A DNA stretch of 64,000 nt, taken from Veleropilina oligotropha (Eukaryota). Position 1 is the first letter of the stretch; each line of letters starts with the position of its first letter. Location: contig JBEUKZ010000019.1 of NCBI GenBank assembly GCA_048128005.1, positions 186,001 through 250,000 of the forward strand, in the 5' to 3' direction. Under the pieces are notes generated by a model that saw nothing but the letters and a program-made list of their open reading frames with translations, had not been told where the DNA came from and searched no databases. Below are positions 51,091-64,000 of this stretch, in pieces. The position numbers and the translations under genes were made by a program.

Positions 51091-51870
51091 TGATGACATG
51101 AATTGGTTCTGTGTGCAATAGGAAAAATCTCAGGCCTTCCTGGGTATTGATCACAAGAATTTCTGTTTGCAGACCAGCAATATATCTATTCGGCCATACT
51201 TCCCCCTAAAGTGCTGACCGTCTGTCCGTGCAAATTATCTTTTCTGGAGCGTATCTCATAAACCGTTCAACATATCTTGGTGGGTGTATTAAACATTTGG
51301 TGATCTGGTAACTTTCGATAATTTTTACCTTATGCGGCGATTAAACTACATACCACAAAAAAATAAGAGGGTAGGGATACATACCCAAAATTGCTTATAT
51401 ATATATATTTTTTGTGATTGTCTGAACGCGATATTCTGTGACACACTAATCATCGTCATTGAAAAGCTCTGACAGTTGTTGCCAAATGAATTTCGTGACA
51501 ATCTCTAATAAAATATAATAGGCCAAAGAATAAATTATATCAATAAAAACAGACAAGTATTTTTATTTCATAAAATTGGCTTAATTAATCGACATCCAGC
51601 TTGGAGGGTATGATATCTAGGTCACTGCTATTGATACAGCGGCAAAAGATCACCTCAGAATACTACGTAGTGTTCTATTTATAGAAATGGGAAATCTCTC
51701 ATCATTTACATAGCCGAAAGTAAAATGTAATCCGTACTTGACCTGCGTTTGCGGAGTTAACCAAGAGTCGCCATTGGTACAGCAAGAGTCGCCAAAACGG
51801 AAAATGCTAGCTATTTTGCATAACCCGAAGATGACGTGCTAAACGAGGTTACACGAGCAAGGATCCAGGC

Positions 51871-52063
51871 GGGAGGAGGAAGGAATGATGCTTAATGTCC
51901 TGGGTAAACCGCCCTCTTCGGCCAGTCACGGACAACTGTGATTCATAACTTGAACAAATTTCAATGCCTCAACCAGGTATTGAACCCACTACTGTTCGCA
52001 TTAGCTGAATCAAGCCAGTGAACTTAGAGTGGACACTCTACCCACTGCGCTGCCGAAGCGGCC
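51871..52063 (-). mobile_element. tRNA-related SINE (internally deleted) with 14-bp TSD
   Basis: Same family as 19838-20097; flanked by GCAAGGATCCAGGC at 51857 and 52064. Confidence 0.78.
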
Positions 52064-52459
52064 GCAAGGATCCAGGCAGAACGAATATTTGCAATGTTGA
52101 ATATCATTAAATGAGTATATTCATAAATTATTTACACACGCTTTACTAAATAAGTGAAATTATTCTGACTTGGGCCAAAATAATGCAATACATAATGCAA
52201 TTACATAAACTCGCGGATGCGAGGTTTCTATAGGACATCATCACATGTCGATAAAATGTCGCCCAAAAATTACATTGAAATGATTTCCGGCAGTAGACTA
52301 GTGAAAGGCGAGCTTTATTAGGCATTAAATAAATGTGTTCTGACGACAATTATGAAGTTACGTGTGGTCCTGTGTTATCTTCTCAGATATTAGGAGAGGT
52401 CGTTTCACAGTGAGGAAAATATAACTTCTTCGAGGCAGGGAACTTAAGGTCCCCGCCTT

Positions 52460-53617
52460 AAGGTTGATTCATAGTTCAGCGGCGACCCCATTGCAACCAT
52501 CTGTTGCGCTTATGTCGTTAGCTGGTCACGCAGTCGTGCACTGGTCACGCAATCATGCGCATCTCAGACGCTAATTTCTAAACGAGCGACGCAATACCGA
52601 AACAAATTTAAACGCAAGTGTTCATATTATCCGTGCGTAAAATTACAATCAGGCCCATTCTAACCAAATGTATTCATACGAAGATATAGAAATACCTCTC
52701 TTGCATATATTTTTGGCGACAAAAGATACGGTGCAAAAGAAGAAAATTTATGGTATGTCCGTCCTCTCAACAGAGGCAGGTGAATTTCATTCCCTCGTTC
52801 AAGAATTTCACCACAGATATTTCCAAATAACAAGAGAGAAATATAGGGACCTTTTACGACGGATAAATCTATTTTATTTCCCACAAAGATGTCCGACTAC
52901 AATATGATTTAAAATTATTAAGGCCATAACACAAACCGAAGACTATTTGCATGTGAATATGTTTAAGAATGACGGTTGATTTAAAGCACAATAACATCCA
53001 TTCTTCTTAAATTGTGTAGAATTGACGTTATCGTGGGCTGGAAAAATAACGAATAAACATATTATTATTATGATTTCATAGTTTGACAATGTAATTTTAG
53101 TCCAGACATCCAGATATTTAATAGTTAATAATATCTTTCCTTTTCATTTTGATATGTGTTCGTTATATATTGCAATTAATGTCTCATTCAATGAATGCAA
53201 AATTTAAAAAATTGATATGTATACATGCACCAATAAACGACATAGGTTAAACTAGACAATGTTGATTTATTCTTGCACCATTTAATATTAATATTATAAT
53301 AGGTGTATGTGAGCAATTACATTACAAAGCTTTGTTTAAAAAGCCCAAAATTCCATTCTAAACGGCCCCAGAACTGACGACTTTGCTGCAAATCAGACGC
53401 ACTCAACGGAAAAAGTTAAAATCTGGTCAACTCGACACGCAAGCTAACAGAATTGCCTTGCGCACGCGAAAAATCGACAGAGTCAGAGAAGAGCAGTTTT
53501 GAAAATAGCGCGTCTGAGGGATGTGGTTTCATGCGGCACATTCCACAAATTCCACACTAGCAGCAGTCGCGTTAATGAGGTCGCATCACTTGTGGCGGTG
53601 GACTATGAATCAGCCTT
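52460..53617. mobile_element. PIF/Harbinger-like non-autonomous DNA transposon
   Basis: TIR AGGTTGATTCATAGT / ACTATGAATCAGCCT. Internal remnant GEFHSLVQE...YFQITREKYRDLL resembles a Harbinger transposase N-terminus. Confidence 0.5.
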
Positions 53618-54165
53618 TAAGGTCCCCGCCACGCACCGTTGACCTATGGTCGCAAATAAGTCTATCCAAAAATATATTCCTGGCGGAAACCCTGCTCTTG
53701 CCCTTGTTTTCAATTCATTATAATTATCTTTTTCTTATATATTTAATGATTTATCCTGCATGTAAAATATGCAGGCCTAACTTTTACAATTAGTTTTCCA
53801 TTTTGTTTGCACTCATTTCAGATCTGCAATGTACTTTGCTGCTCCAATGCATATTACAGCGCAGTTGGTCTTCTGCACGTAACTATTTGGAAGCTATGTT
53901 GTCTATGCTGCATGTACAACATTACATGATGTTCTGCAATATTGTAGTATAACATATTCTTGATTAAACACTATTTTTTTAAATTGTGTATGTATACACG
54001 TGTACATTTTTGTATTTTATTGACAATATGACCAATATATAGCGACCACAGTTTTTTCCTTACATAAATTTGACATATGTGATAAATGAGTTGGCTATAA
54101 ACTGTTTGGCTTCGCCAGAGCGAATCCTCATATTGTTAGTATATTTAAAGTTGCATTGCCTGTAA

Positions 54166-55160
54166 CAGGGCGTGATTTAATTTTTCGGGGTTGGCCTGCC
54201 ATTTATGTCAGGCCATAATTTTATTTACCCTGCCATTGCCAAATGCGGCCTGCCAAAATGGTTTTCATCATCAGAACCCTAATTATAGGAAAAAAGTGGA
54301 TATATTTCAGGTAATTTATTATACTGACTGGCATGAGATCTCAAAGATAGGTGCATTGAATTTAAGTGTGCATTAAAATTTATTATAAATGATATGTATC
54401 CATTGGTTGTTTTAATAAAAGACTGTGAGATTTCTGACTTGAGATATATGCTATACAAAAAATTTGATACTGATAATGAATAATAGTGCTGCAAGTATTA
54501 TATCATATAATAATGGAAGTTATCCACGCTTTCTATTATCTATGAAATTTTAGCTATTTCTTAATAATTAGGTTATATGTTAATTTATTATTTATTATTA
54601 TTAAATGGCTTTGATGTCATATTGATACAAGCAAAAGTGAAACTTAATTTCCATTTCAATAGCAATAATTAAATATTTTTACTTTAATTCTTAACAGCCA
54701 GTTTAAAACAAATCTTAAATCAAAGTCATTTCACCATGGAGTCTATTTCTGTTTTTTCATAAAACTTGTTATTTGAACTCGTTTTTTCAGTTCAACGTTT
54801 ATTCATAATAATAATCTTATACAGTTAGAGCATTTACAGAAACTCAGTTTCAAACACACCCAGTAAACGAATGTACCTGTGACCATAAAACATGAAGTGA
54901 ATCGCAAATGAACACTAGGGAATGGCTTTGACACAAATGAGACCTCAAGGCACATTATGCTGAAGTTAAGTGAACAAATAGGCAATTTTTGTCTTTTCTT
55001 GAATACATGGATAACTTTGGTTAATAATATTGAATGCCACAGTAATATTTGTTGTCCGGCCATTACTGGCAGGCCAAAATTATTTTTACCCGGACATTTC
55101 AGATAATTTGAACAAATTGGACGGCCAATGGCCTTTGGCAGGCCCTTATTTCGCGCCCTG
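54166..55160. mobile_element. hAT-like MITE
   Basis: CAGGGCGTGA / TCGCGCCCTG ends, with CTGTAA on both flanks. Confidence 0.5.
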
Positions 55161-55172
55161 CTGTAAAGATGG

Positions 55173-55481
55173 AATATTGCCCGTAATGATGGCATATTGC
55201 CCGTAATGATGGCACATTGCCCGTAATGATGGCACATTGCCCGTAATGATGGCATATTGCCCGTAATGATGGCATATTGCCCGTAATGAGGGCACATTGC
55301 CCATAATGATGGCATATTGCCCGTAATGATGGCATATTGCCCGTAATGATGGCATATTGCCCGTAATGATGGCATATTGCCCGTAATAATGGCACATTGC
55401 CCGTAATGATGGCATATTGCCCGTAATGAGGGCATATTGCCCGTAATGATGGCATATTGCCCGTAATGATGGCATATTGCC
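55173..55481. repeat. 20-bp tandem repeat (ATATTGCCCGTAATGATGGC), ~15 copies
   Basis: Directly visible period of 20. Confidence 0.92.
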
Positions 55482-56639
55482 TACAATACCTTACTTACAT
55501 CGAAACATGCAGACATTTCGTCAAATATGAAAAAATGTACTTATCTAAATTGAGGGCGATGTGACATTATTTTAAAATAGTTAAGTACATCAGTAATAAT
55601 GTTGCAGCTCGACTTTCCACAAATCCCAAGTTAACTTAGGCAGATCTCAACTTGACGAAATTTCTTTCGGTGAAATGTCCGTCACCCATAATAAAACCGA
55701 ACCCAATTTTATTATTTTCACTTTTAATTCATAGGTGCTCCAGGGACCCATCTATATAATTTTTTGGCACAAATTGCCAAGTTTCTAACTTCAGCTAACT
55801 GGCAAAAATACATTTGTGGTCTAGGGTTTAAAATTACAAGTGTTTTTCGCTACTTACGTGCAATGCAACTTTAATATAAAACACAAAGAAAGACAAATTG
55901 GCACCGTTGTGACGAACTTTGAGGGGCAGCGAACTATGTGGGGCAGTTGCGATGTGCAACAATTAGTCTACTGTGATGACAGAGTCAGATCCACTGTTGT
56001 AATTTGTCGATTAGGCCTACTAGCAATGAAGTAATAACGTATCAATTATTATAATGTTAAAGTTTAATGTATAAATTAACAAGTAAATAGCGTTTCATCC
56101 ATAAATCGGTGTTCTACTTGTGCTGTTGACAAAATGGCCAGCAAAGTAGTTACATTCGCTTTTACATACGCGCATTATTATATTGCCTAATATGTGACAA
56201 CAGCGTAATGAACTTATCATTAATATTATATCATGTCATTGAGTATTTTTTATGCAAAGGCTTGATGTATATGCTTAACTTGATTATCTGGGGTGTAACC
56301 AGCATAGGATATATATAAACATAAACACGTTAACTAGTAGTAGTCAAGTAAATTTCCCGTATATGTTTATGAGCGCCACGGCCTGGAGAAACGAATATAT
56401 ATCAACTATCGTACCAACTGCACAGACAAACGTTTTTTACTCGTTAATTTGTACATTGCAAATGTGGCATAATAATTGATACGACCATATTGCTAGTAAT
56501 CGGCAAATTACACAAGGGGACCCGACTCAGTCAGTGTAATTGCCTGGGCCTCACATAGGCAGACATCTGTATCTGTAATTTACCGGAAAGACCTCAATCA
56601 TGAGTATAAACTTCCGGGTTAGGTGAGTGCTTAGTTTAC

Positions 56640-57620
56640 GTTGTTATTAATTTTTGCTTAAATGTTTCCACGGTTTTGGTGCGTACAGTGTTTTCGGGTG
56701 GGGAATTCCAGTCTATTGTTGTGCGTGGACAGAATGAGTTCCGAAAGATTTCTGTATTTGTAGTTTGTTGTCTGAAATTCTGACGCTGCTGTCTCTTCTG
56801 TAGTCGGCGAATATAAACCTTGTAGCTCTACGTTGAATCTTTTCAAGTGATGTGATATATTTCAGGGCTGATGGACACTTCCTTAGATTGCGCCATAGGG
56901 ATCCAAGTGTGGCGTTTGCCTTGCCTACTGTTTTGTTGATGTGAGAGTCCCATTTAAGAGTTTTTATGTCGTGACCTTTTTGTAAAAAAGGACAAGACAT
57001 TATCAAATGGTCCGTGTGTATATACATATATACTTATATATATATATCCGTAGATTTATTTGAAAACTACCCGCTCAATTTTCACCAAAATTGGTACACA
57101 CATTCCCAAGAGTATTTGTAGGTCGTGTATATAACTTTCGCGACACAATTTTGCAAAAATATGCATTTATTGAGCACTTTTATCCATATTTGTATATAAC
57201 GGATGTCTAATATTGCAAGCAAATAGCAATGACGTCATTACGACGTCGCTTTAGATTAATTGTCATTTGGTGACGTCATAATCGACGGGGTAGTAAATTA
57301 AGCCATGAAGTACTTGCAATGCACTTAGCCATTGTATTAACTGTTATGAAAATTTGAGGGAAATAAAGAAAGGTCAAGACATATTTCGAACGCGTCGTTC
57401 TTGTTTATAATTACTCTTAGGTAGGGACTCTCCTCAACTTCTTCGAGTAGGGTGTTGTTTAGTTGGTATCTGAAGGTACTCAGTGTCCTAATTCTGGCGA
57501 TTCGGAGGATGTAGCATTTTTTCGCGTTAAACAAAATACCCCAGTTGTTGGCCCATTTCTCCAGCGCTTTGCGGTCTGATTGGAACTCCAGATGGTCTTG
57601 GGATGTTCGGATTTGTAAAA
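56640..57620 (-). pseudogene. Decayed LINE reverse transcriptase 3' fragment, interrupted by a repeat at ~56960-57405
   Basis: WGILFNAKKCYILRI, LKWDSHIN...KANATLG.L.RNL, LEKIQRRATRFI. Confidence 0.7.
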
Positions 57621-57664
57621 TAGATTGTTCATGGTCCTAAAGGATGATATTGTAAGTATTTTTT

Positions 57665-58115
57665 TTACTTTATACTTTTAGAACTTTTTTTGAATCTCCG
57701 ACGTTTCGGCCTTTACCGAATGGTCTTGGTCAGTGATGTTTGCTCTTCCGTAACTGCTGCTCAGGAATCGTGTTGAGCACCTGGCGGGCAGCTGGTATCC
57801 CTGGTCTTTGTTCATAGCTGGCGTGCGACGGATGATATGGATCGACACTTTTATTTTACGTTTGAGCCAGTTCTCCTCCCTTGCCAGAACCTTGGTGTTA
57901 TCAATCGACACGGGGTGGCCCATAGCATTGCAGTGTTCCACAACTGCTGTGGGTTTGTCCAGGTTGCGGTGATCTTTAAAACTGGTGGTCAGAATGTGTT
58001 TAGTCTTTCACGTTTCCTGAGCAGCAGTTACGCAAAAGTAAATATCACGTGACTAAGGCCATTCGATAATGGCCGAAACGGCGGAAATTTTAGTTTTAAA
58101 AAAGTTCTAAAAGTC
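57665..58115 (-). mobile_element. Penelope-like retroelement remnant (GIY-YIG C-terminus and inverted terminal segment)
   Basis: EHC...GH...TKVLARE.NW.KRKIK.SIHI....P.MNKDQG; degenerate hammerhead-like motifs at ~57695-57740 (-) and ~58045-58085 (+). Confidence 0.65.
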
Positions 58116-58849
58116 AGTATCAAATACCGACAAAATGTTCGGATTGTTCTGTACATTAAACAATCATGTAAACAGTAAACATAGCACCTGCCCATCAAAG
58201 TTCACCACACCGTAACAAATTTGGAAAGATAATAACGGCATCAAATTTTCAACATTACTCAATTTCGTGCGCAAAGCGTATTTACAAAATGATGGTACGT
58301 AGACATGTAATTTATAAAACACATTGCAGTGATTGGTCGATTGGAAGTTTTGTACTGTCAAATTAGTCAACAGTGCCACAGTGACCTTTTGTCGCGGCTT
58401 TGTACGTATTGAAAACAATAACTTACTAAAGCCGTAGCCATGTCTATTAGGAAGGTGTACACAAGAGTTAATTGCTTTTAAATATCGAGATATTAAACAT
58501 TAAATAAATGCATTCGTGCAAGTTCAGGCTCGATCGCTATTTGTATTTGAAATATGGCGGTTGTCCCCATTTATGCGCGTGCGCACAATTACACGGTGCC
58601 CCTGAAGCTAAATGCTCAGAATTTCTAATATAGCGCAACTCTAGCACAGAAATTTGCCATTTACGTACCGTAAAAGAAACTAACTTATAAGAAAATCACA
58701 TGTGTTCAGCGACTTTATTTGATGCTGAAAAATCGTTTTGCAACCGTTAATAAACACCACAAAGACTCACCAAAAAGATTTGGGAAATCAGCAGACTTGT
58801 GCTCTTTAAAATATATTAATAATAGTCAATTTATAATGCGCTGTATTCC

Positions 58850-60085
58850 ACGTAAAACATGCTCTAAGCACAGGAGATATATTTTCAAATTGGCTCTGAA
58901 AGACTGAAGAGTGGAAGTGTTACGTAGTTCATGTTGTAGCGCATTCCACTCCTCAGCAGCCACGTATATGAGAAAGCGCGTACGTTGACCGTATCTGGCT
59001 GTGTTCATCTTTGGCACGACACATGTTCTTTCCCTGGGATCTAAGAGCTCGGGTAGGGTTGTAGGAAGCTACAAGGTTGCATAGGTATTTAGAGGATGCC
59101 TGCAATGCATTTGTATGTAATGCAAATAATTTTGAATTTTATTCGATAGTCCACTGATAGCCAATGCAAGGTCTTCAAAACGGGGGTTAATTATGTGATC
59201 ACTCTTTTTTGTGAGGGAAACAATCCTGGTCGCGATGTTTTCAATTCGTTGTAATCTGGCGGTTTGGAATTTTGCGGATCCAGCCAAAAGAGTATTGCAG
59301 TAGTCCAACCTTGAAAGGATTAACGACAGTTAGAGTTTTGGGCTGATTTTGTAGTTAGAAACTTGCGGATGGAGCTAATGTTTCTGATGACACTAAAACA
59401 TTGCTTTGATACTTGTGTTACGTGATTGTCCATTGACAGCTCGCTGTCAAGAATGACATCAAGATTTCGTACAGCATCAGAGAGAGCAATAGAAGAAGAT
59501 CCAGCAGCGAATGATGTGACTTCAGATTGCTTTCTTCTTGCAGTTGGACCAAAGAGTGTTGCTTCCGTTTTCTGATCATTCAGCTTAAATTGTCCTGGCT
59601 TTCACTTCGTCGTAACATATAGACATATTGGAAATGGCAGCATCAGCAGAAGTGACTGTTGGTTTGAAGACATCAAATAGTTGTGAGCCATCTGCATAAA
59701 ATTGTCGTTGAAGATTGTGCTTTGCAATGCGATTACCGATGTACTTGCATGGTGTAGAGAGTGAAGAGAACGGGTCCAAGAATAGAACCTTGTGGAACTC
59801 CGAAATCCAAGTTGACTGGTGGTGCAAACGAATTTTCTACTACAACCGATTGAGACCTGTTGCTCAGATACGAATGAAACCATGTCAAATCCTGTTCCCT
59901 AATTCCGAACTGGTCGATGGTATCAAATGCTGAGATCAGGTCGAGCATTACTAGCAATGAAACATTGCCTTTGTCGATACCAGAGCGAATGACATTGACG
60001 ACATGAAGAGGAGCAGTTTCAGTCCTGTGACCCTGTCGATAAGCTGACTGGATGGGTTCATGGAGATCATTATATTTCTTTAGAT
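58850..60085 (-). pseudogene. Decayed L2/CR1-group LINE reverse transcriptase
   Basis: QSAYRQGHRTETA, LVMLDLISAFDTID, GVPQGSILGPVLFTLY, FYADGSQL, DYCNTLLAG; frameshifted. Confidence 0.85.
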
Positions 60086-61989
60086 TATGTGTATAACCAT
60101 GCCAGTTCAGTTGAACAGACATGCGAAAGGCGCTATGCCCCGATTTCTCGTCGAAGGTTTAACCATATCCACCCTGATCATCATAATTTTGGTAACAATA
60201 ATCATTATATATCTTTAGATTATATGTTTAACCATGCCAGTTCAGTTGAACAGACATGCAAAATGCGCTATGCCCCGATTATTGTCGAAGGTTTAACCAC
60301 CAATCGTAGTTGAACTGTGCTTCAAATGCAATTTGCATTTCTCGTCGTCGACTTAAAGTTGATCAACGGTTTAATTCGAGCAAATGTTAAGCCGCCAATA
60401 TCGGCGATTTAATAACTTAAACCACGGATCAGTGGCTCTGACATCGAGATTTGGAGCAGTTTCGATATGAAATCCGCGTTGTACGTAACGATAAGCTATT
60501 TTTACAGACATAATGGATTTTATTGAGTTATTTCGGTTACTCAGGCAGATAATAACAACATCACTCCAAATTAAATCTGAAAATATAAAAAAATTCAAGT
60601 ACTGAGAGGAAATGAAAAATTAAAACAAATAATAATTTCAGGTTTCTTATTTTGAGATTATAACCAAAAATTGCATCACACGATATATTACTTGCATCAT
60701 AGGTTATTAAAATATAAAATACTGTCATTTTAATTCCATATAGTTGTATTTTAATACACGCTGCATGCCAATGAACGCAATTCTATTAGAATACTTTATT
60801 ATAGATCTGCTCTTTTTCATTCCACATGAATTACTAAATTTATTGTAGGCCCTAACATTCTTATTATAACATTGCTCTGCTCATAAAGAGTGTTTTCAAA
60901 TTACGGTTTCATCATATTTGTAATTTTTCATTCGTGATTGTGTATAATATCTAAAAATATAAATATAAATAAAAGGGTAATAATTTTCATCTGATACAAA
61001 ATCAGATCGTCGTATTCATTGTCCATGCAGAGGTTCATACTTGTGCTGAATGATGACTTACACAGGCATGTCCTCGTTGCTCAGGCTATGTGACATGAAT
61101 GTGAAAAGACCTTTTATGGCGAGGTACTCGGAACAGCAGTGGCTTTATTGGGCGTCGAAATGCTTTTGAACCAGAGTGATCGGCGATTTAGCTAAAACCA
61201 TCGTTCAGCTAATCCTGAACCACGGTTTAAATCACTCAATATTAAACCTCCGACAAGAAATCGGGCCTGTTTCCGATAATGACCTACCATATCAAATATG
61301 GAACCGACACTTATAAAGTGTAGTGTAGCGAATATCAGACGTTTTCAAGTAGGCCTATATTATTACAGCATCTATTTTGTGATGATTGCAACTGTTTTTG
61401 TGTTATATATTGTGTAAACGACATCGAATATTTGAGTGTCGAGATATATTTTATTGAGTTCATTTGGTACATTTAATTGAAAGAAACATGTAGTGTAGAA
61501 TCATATGTAGTGCAATAAGGTCCCGTGGGATTTTCATGTTAATTCTTGACATTATACTTATTTTATTAGAAAAATATATTTTGAATCTGAAAAATGTTGG
61601 TGTCATTTTTTAACGCCATTTTAAATGGGTTTTTAGATGACAAGTGATGCCCCCTATAATTGCAAAATTGGTCTCTGAAATACTTGATTTTTTTCATATC
61701 ATGGAACATCTAGCCATGTAGCATATCAAATCAAAGCTATCGGTATCACATGCAGTAATCCATGATGTATTATTCAATACAGCGACTTATAGGATGTAAT
61801 AGCACTAATTTATATCAAAAATGTTACTTTCTCTACGTTATTTTAATATGCTATTGACATGATTAACTGTAATAGTCCAATAATTATTGCAAGGAGAAAA
61901 TTCATACGCGGTGCGTGTAAATGTAGCGGCCCAAAACATAATTTATGTTTGATTGTAGGTACTTCAAGTATCGGGAACACTAGCGGAAC

Positions 61990-64000
61990 CTGGGGGGGGG
62001 GCACGCACCACCACCCACGACACTACCCTTGGAAATCAGAAATCCATGTGTTTGTTTTAAGACACATTTTAGCAGTTATACAGTTTAGTCGTTATCCATT
62101 TAATTTTAGCATGAAATCGGTGATGTCTCTATTGCTCTTTATTCGTGCAACCCCTCAGCGATTATGGACTTTACATCTCGCCTCACTAGAACATTTTTTC
62201 CCCATCATCTTCGCACACGACAGAATCAAATATGCCTAGATAATTCCTGGGTACATTGCTCACATGTACAGTATCAAGGAATCCGACCCAGATATATGGA
62301 TTGAATTTGAGAAATGGAATTTTTGCGTAAACAAAACTAAAGTAGCATTCTGCAGCATCGGTGTAGATCACGCGATAGCGCATGTAAATCGCATGTTGAA
62401 AGTCAAGGGTGTGATCACTGGCATAACACAAAAGCCAGCAGCTTTGGCTATATTTTTTCTAGCAGCCCCCGAGTTATCACGACTGACTGAGCAAGTCTAC
62501 GAAATGGCCAACGCTACACCACAAAAAATGATGAAACACCACGAACTGTCAGAGGCTGTGATTAAACGTCAGGCATGCAACGTACAGAGGCTTCAGAGTG
62601 TCATTGAGAAATGGAATCCCTTCGCACAGAAGAGTGGTAACCTGGTTAACATCGTCACGCATGCAGTAATGCCAGATAATGTCAAAGAGGATATCACCAG
62701 AAGTCATGAAGCTGGAAAAGAAAGATATATCGTCAATTTGTAGAGAACCGCGTTGTGAAGATAAAATTACCCTCGCAGGTAGTTGAACTGAAACAAGACA
62801 GGTCTCTCTTTGCAAGATTACTTATTGTCGCACAATCTCGTGCTGATGTGAATCTCAAAGAAGCAATCGGAAGGTATGAATTTATATGCATTCCAAGGTC
62901 GCTCTTTTCCATGATGGGTCTGTTCTTGCCTGCCTCGATAAGAGCAAGCTTATGGCTATTCTATAAGCATCGCCACAGCATGATATAAACACCGACAAAT
63001 ACACAGAAAGACGCTCACGAACAGGATGACAAAAAAGTTCTGATTATTGATGGTATGGCTGTGGTACAAGAACTGTAAATGTTGTCTCCGAATACATGTG
63101 CAGAATTTGCAGATTATTTCACTCGCACGATTGCAAAACGGTCTGCATCTAGTCTTTGATCGATATGATGTCCAGCAGTCATTGAAGGAACGAACTAGAC
63201 ACCTCCGTTATGGTAAACATGAGACAGCGCACGAATACGAAGTGTCTGACTCAACAAAGACCATGGTTCCTTTGAAGAAATTATTTAGCATCAACAAGAC
63301 CAAAGACAGACATACTGTGTACCTGGCTCAATTCGAACACGGACCAGCACTGATTGTTTCATCAATGGACGGAGCGCAATCACACCATTTTGATGTAGAT
63401 CATTTGTCGAGCAACTGCGAGGAAGCAGACGTTCTTCTTATTTTGCATGCCTTGTATGCTTCCAGCAAGGAAATACGGTATACATATTATATAATGTCCC
63501 CTGAAACGGATGTCTTCGTTCTTGCCGTGAGCAGACAACCACAACTCGGAAATTGTGCTTGCATGATAGTAGGAACTGGAAAAAAACGACGCACTGTTCT
63601 TCTCTCACCAATATACCAGGCCATTGGACAAAATATTGCACATTGCTTACCCGGATTCCATTGTCTCACAACATGACGTTTCTCAGGTAAAGGAAAAATA
63701 TCATGTTGGAATGTTTTGTTAAAAGCAGACAAAACTGTTATCGAGTCCATCACCAGCCTTGGCCAAGTGGATCCCCCATCACAAGACATGTACGATGGCA
63801 TTGAGGAGTATGTTTGTCTACTCTACGGTCCACACCCCAATATTATCGAGAAACTGAGATGGCACCTCTTTACAAAAAAGCAAGCAGAAGCTGAAAACTT
63901 GACACCCACATCCTCAGAGCCCATTACCAAGCAATGGTATGGTGCAATGACTCTACAATGAACACAGTGATCCCATCACCATTAGATTACGGCTGGGCAT
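61990..64000 (+). pseudogene. Decayed Academ(X)-like DNA transposon protein with XPG/PIN-like domain
   Basis: Fragments FAHDRIKYA, IGVDHAIAHVNR, LFARLL, IDGMAVVQ, LVFDRY, EEADVLLILHA, TDVFVL, LPGFH; multiple stops and frameshifts. Confidence 0.6.

Noticed and set aside
51742..51776. Candidate POC1 first coding exon (ATGGCGACTCTTG...)
   Set aside because: It has an in-frame TAA or a phase mismatch with the 50104 acceptor; exon 1 is left unassigned.
54803..55475. Three repetitive ORFs (MPSLRAICHHYGQ...)
   Set aside because: They are translations of the 20-bp tandem repeat.

Overview
AT-rich animal (probably invertebrate; inference) genomic DNA. The host gene is a multi-exon POC1 centriolar WD40 gene on the minus strand; 13 coding exons were reconstructed at 16910-50104 with consistent splice phases. 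The window holds two related ~17 kb GC-rich endogenous Polinton/Maverick-like viruses in inverted orientation. Copy 1 (1-14006) is cut off by the window start and has two 4-bp frameshifts. Copy 2 (31909-48595) is complete, with ~150-bp TIRs, AGCAGC termini and a 5-bp CCTGC target-site duplication, and sits in a POC1 intron. The element encodes an rve integrase, A32-type packaging ATPase, probable major capsid and penton. It is atypical: no adenain protease was recognised, and a single 1293-aa replicase fuses a vOTU-like protease, an exonuclease-less degenerate PolB core, an SF1 helicase and an HNH-type nuclease. It also encodes many membrane proteins, one with PSAP and LYPxL late-domain motifs plus a PPPY tail in the -1 frame behind an A7 run, and a secreted 8-Cys peptide whose mature domain differs between copies. 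Host DNA also holds a 47 x 74-bp minisatellite built from a POC1 splice acceptor, a minimal hammerhead ribozyme, SINEs, MITEs, and L2, Penelope and Academ-like relics. All family assignments come from motif reading by eye; no database searches were run.
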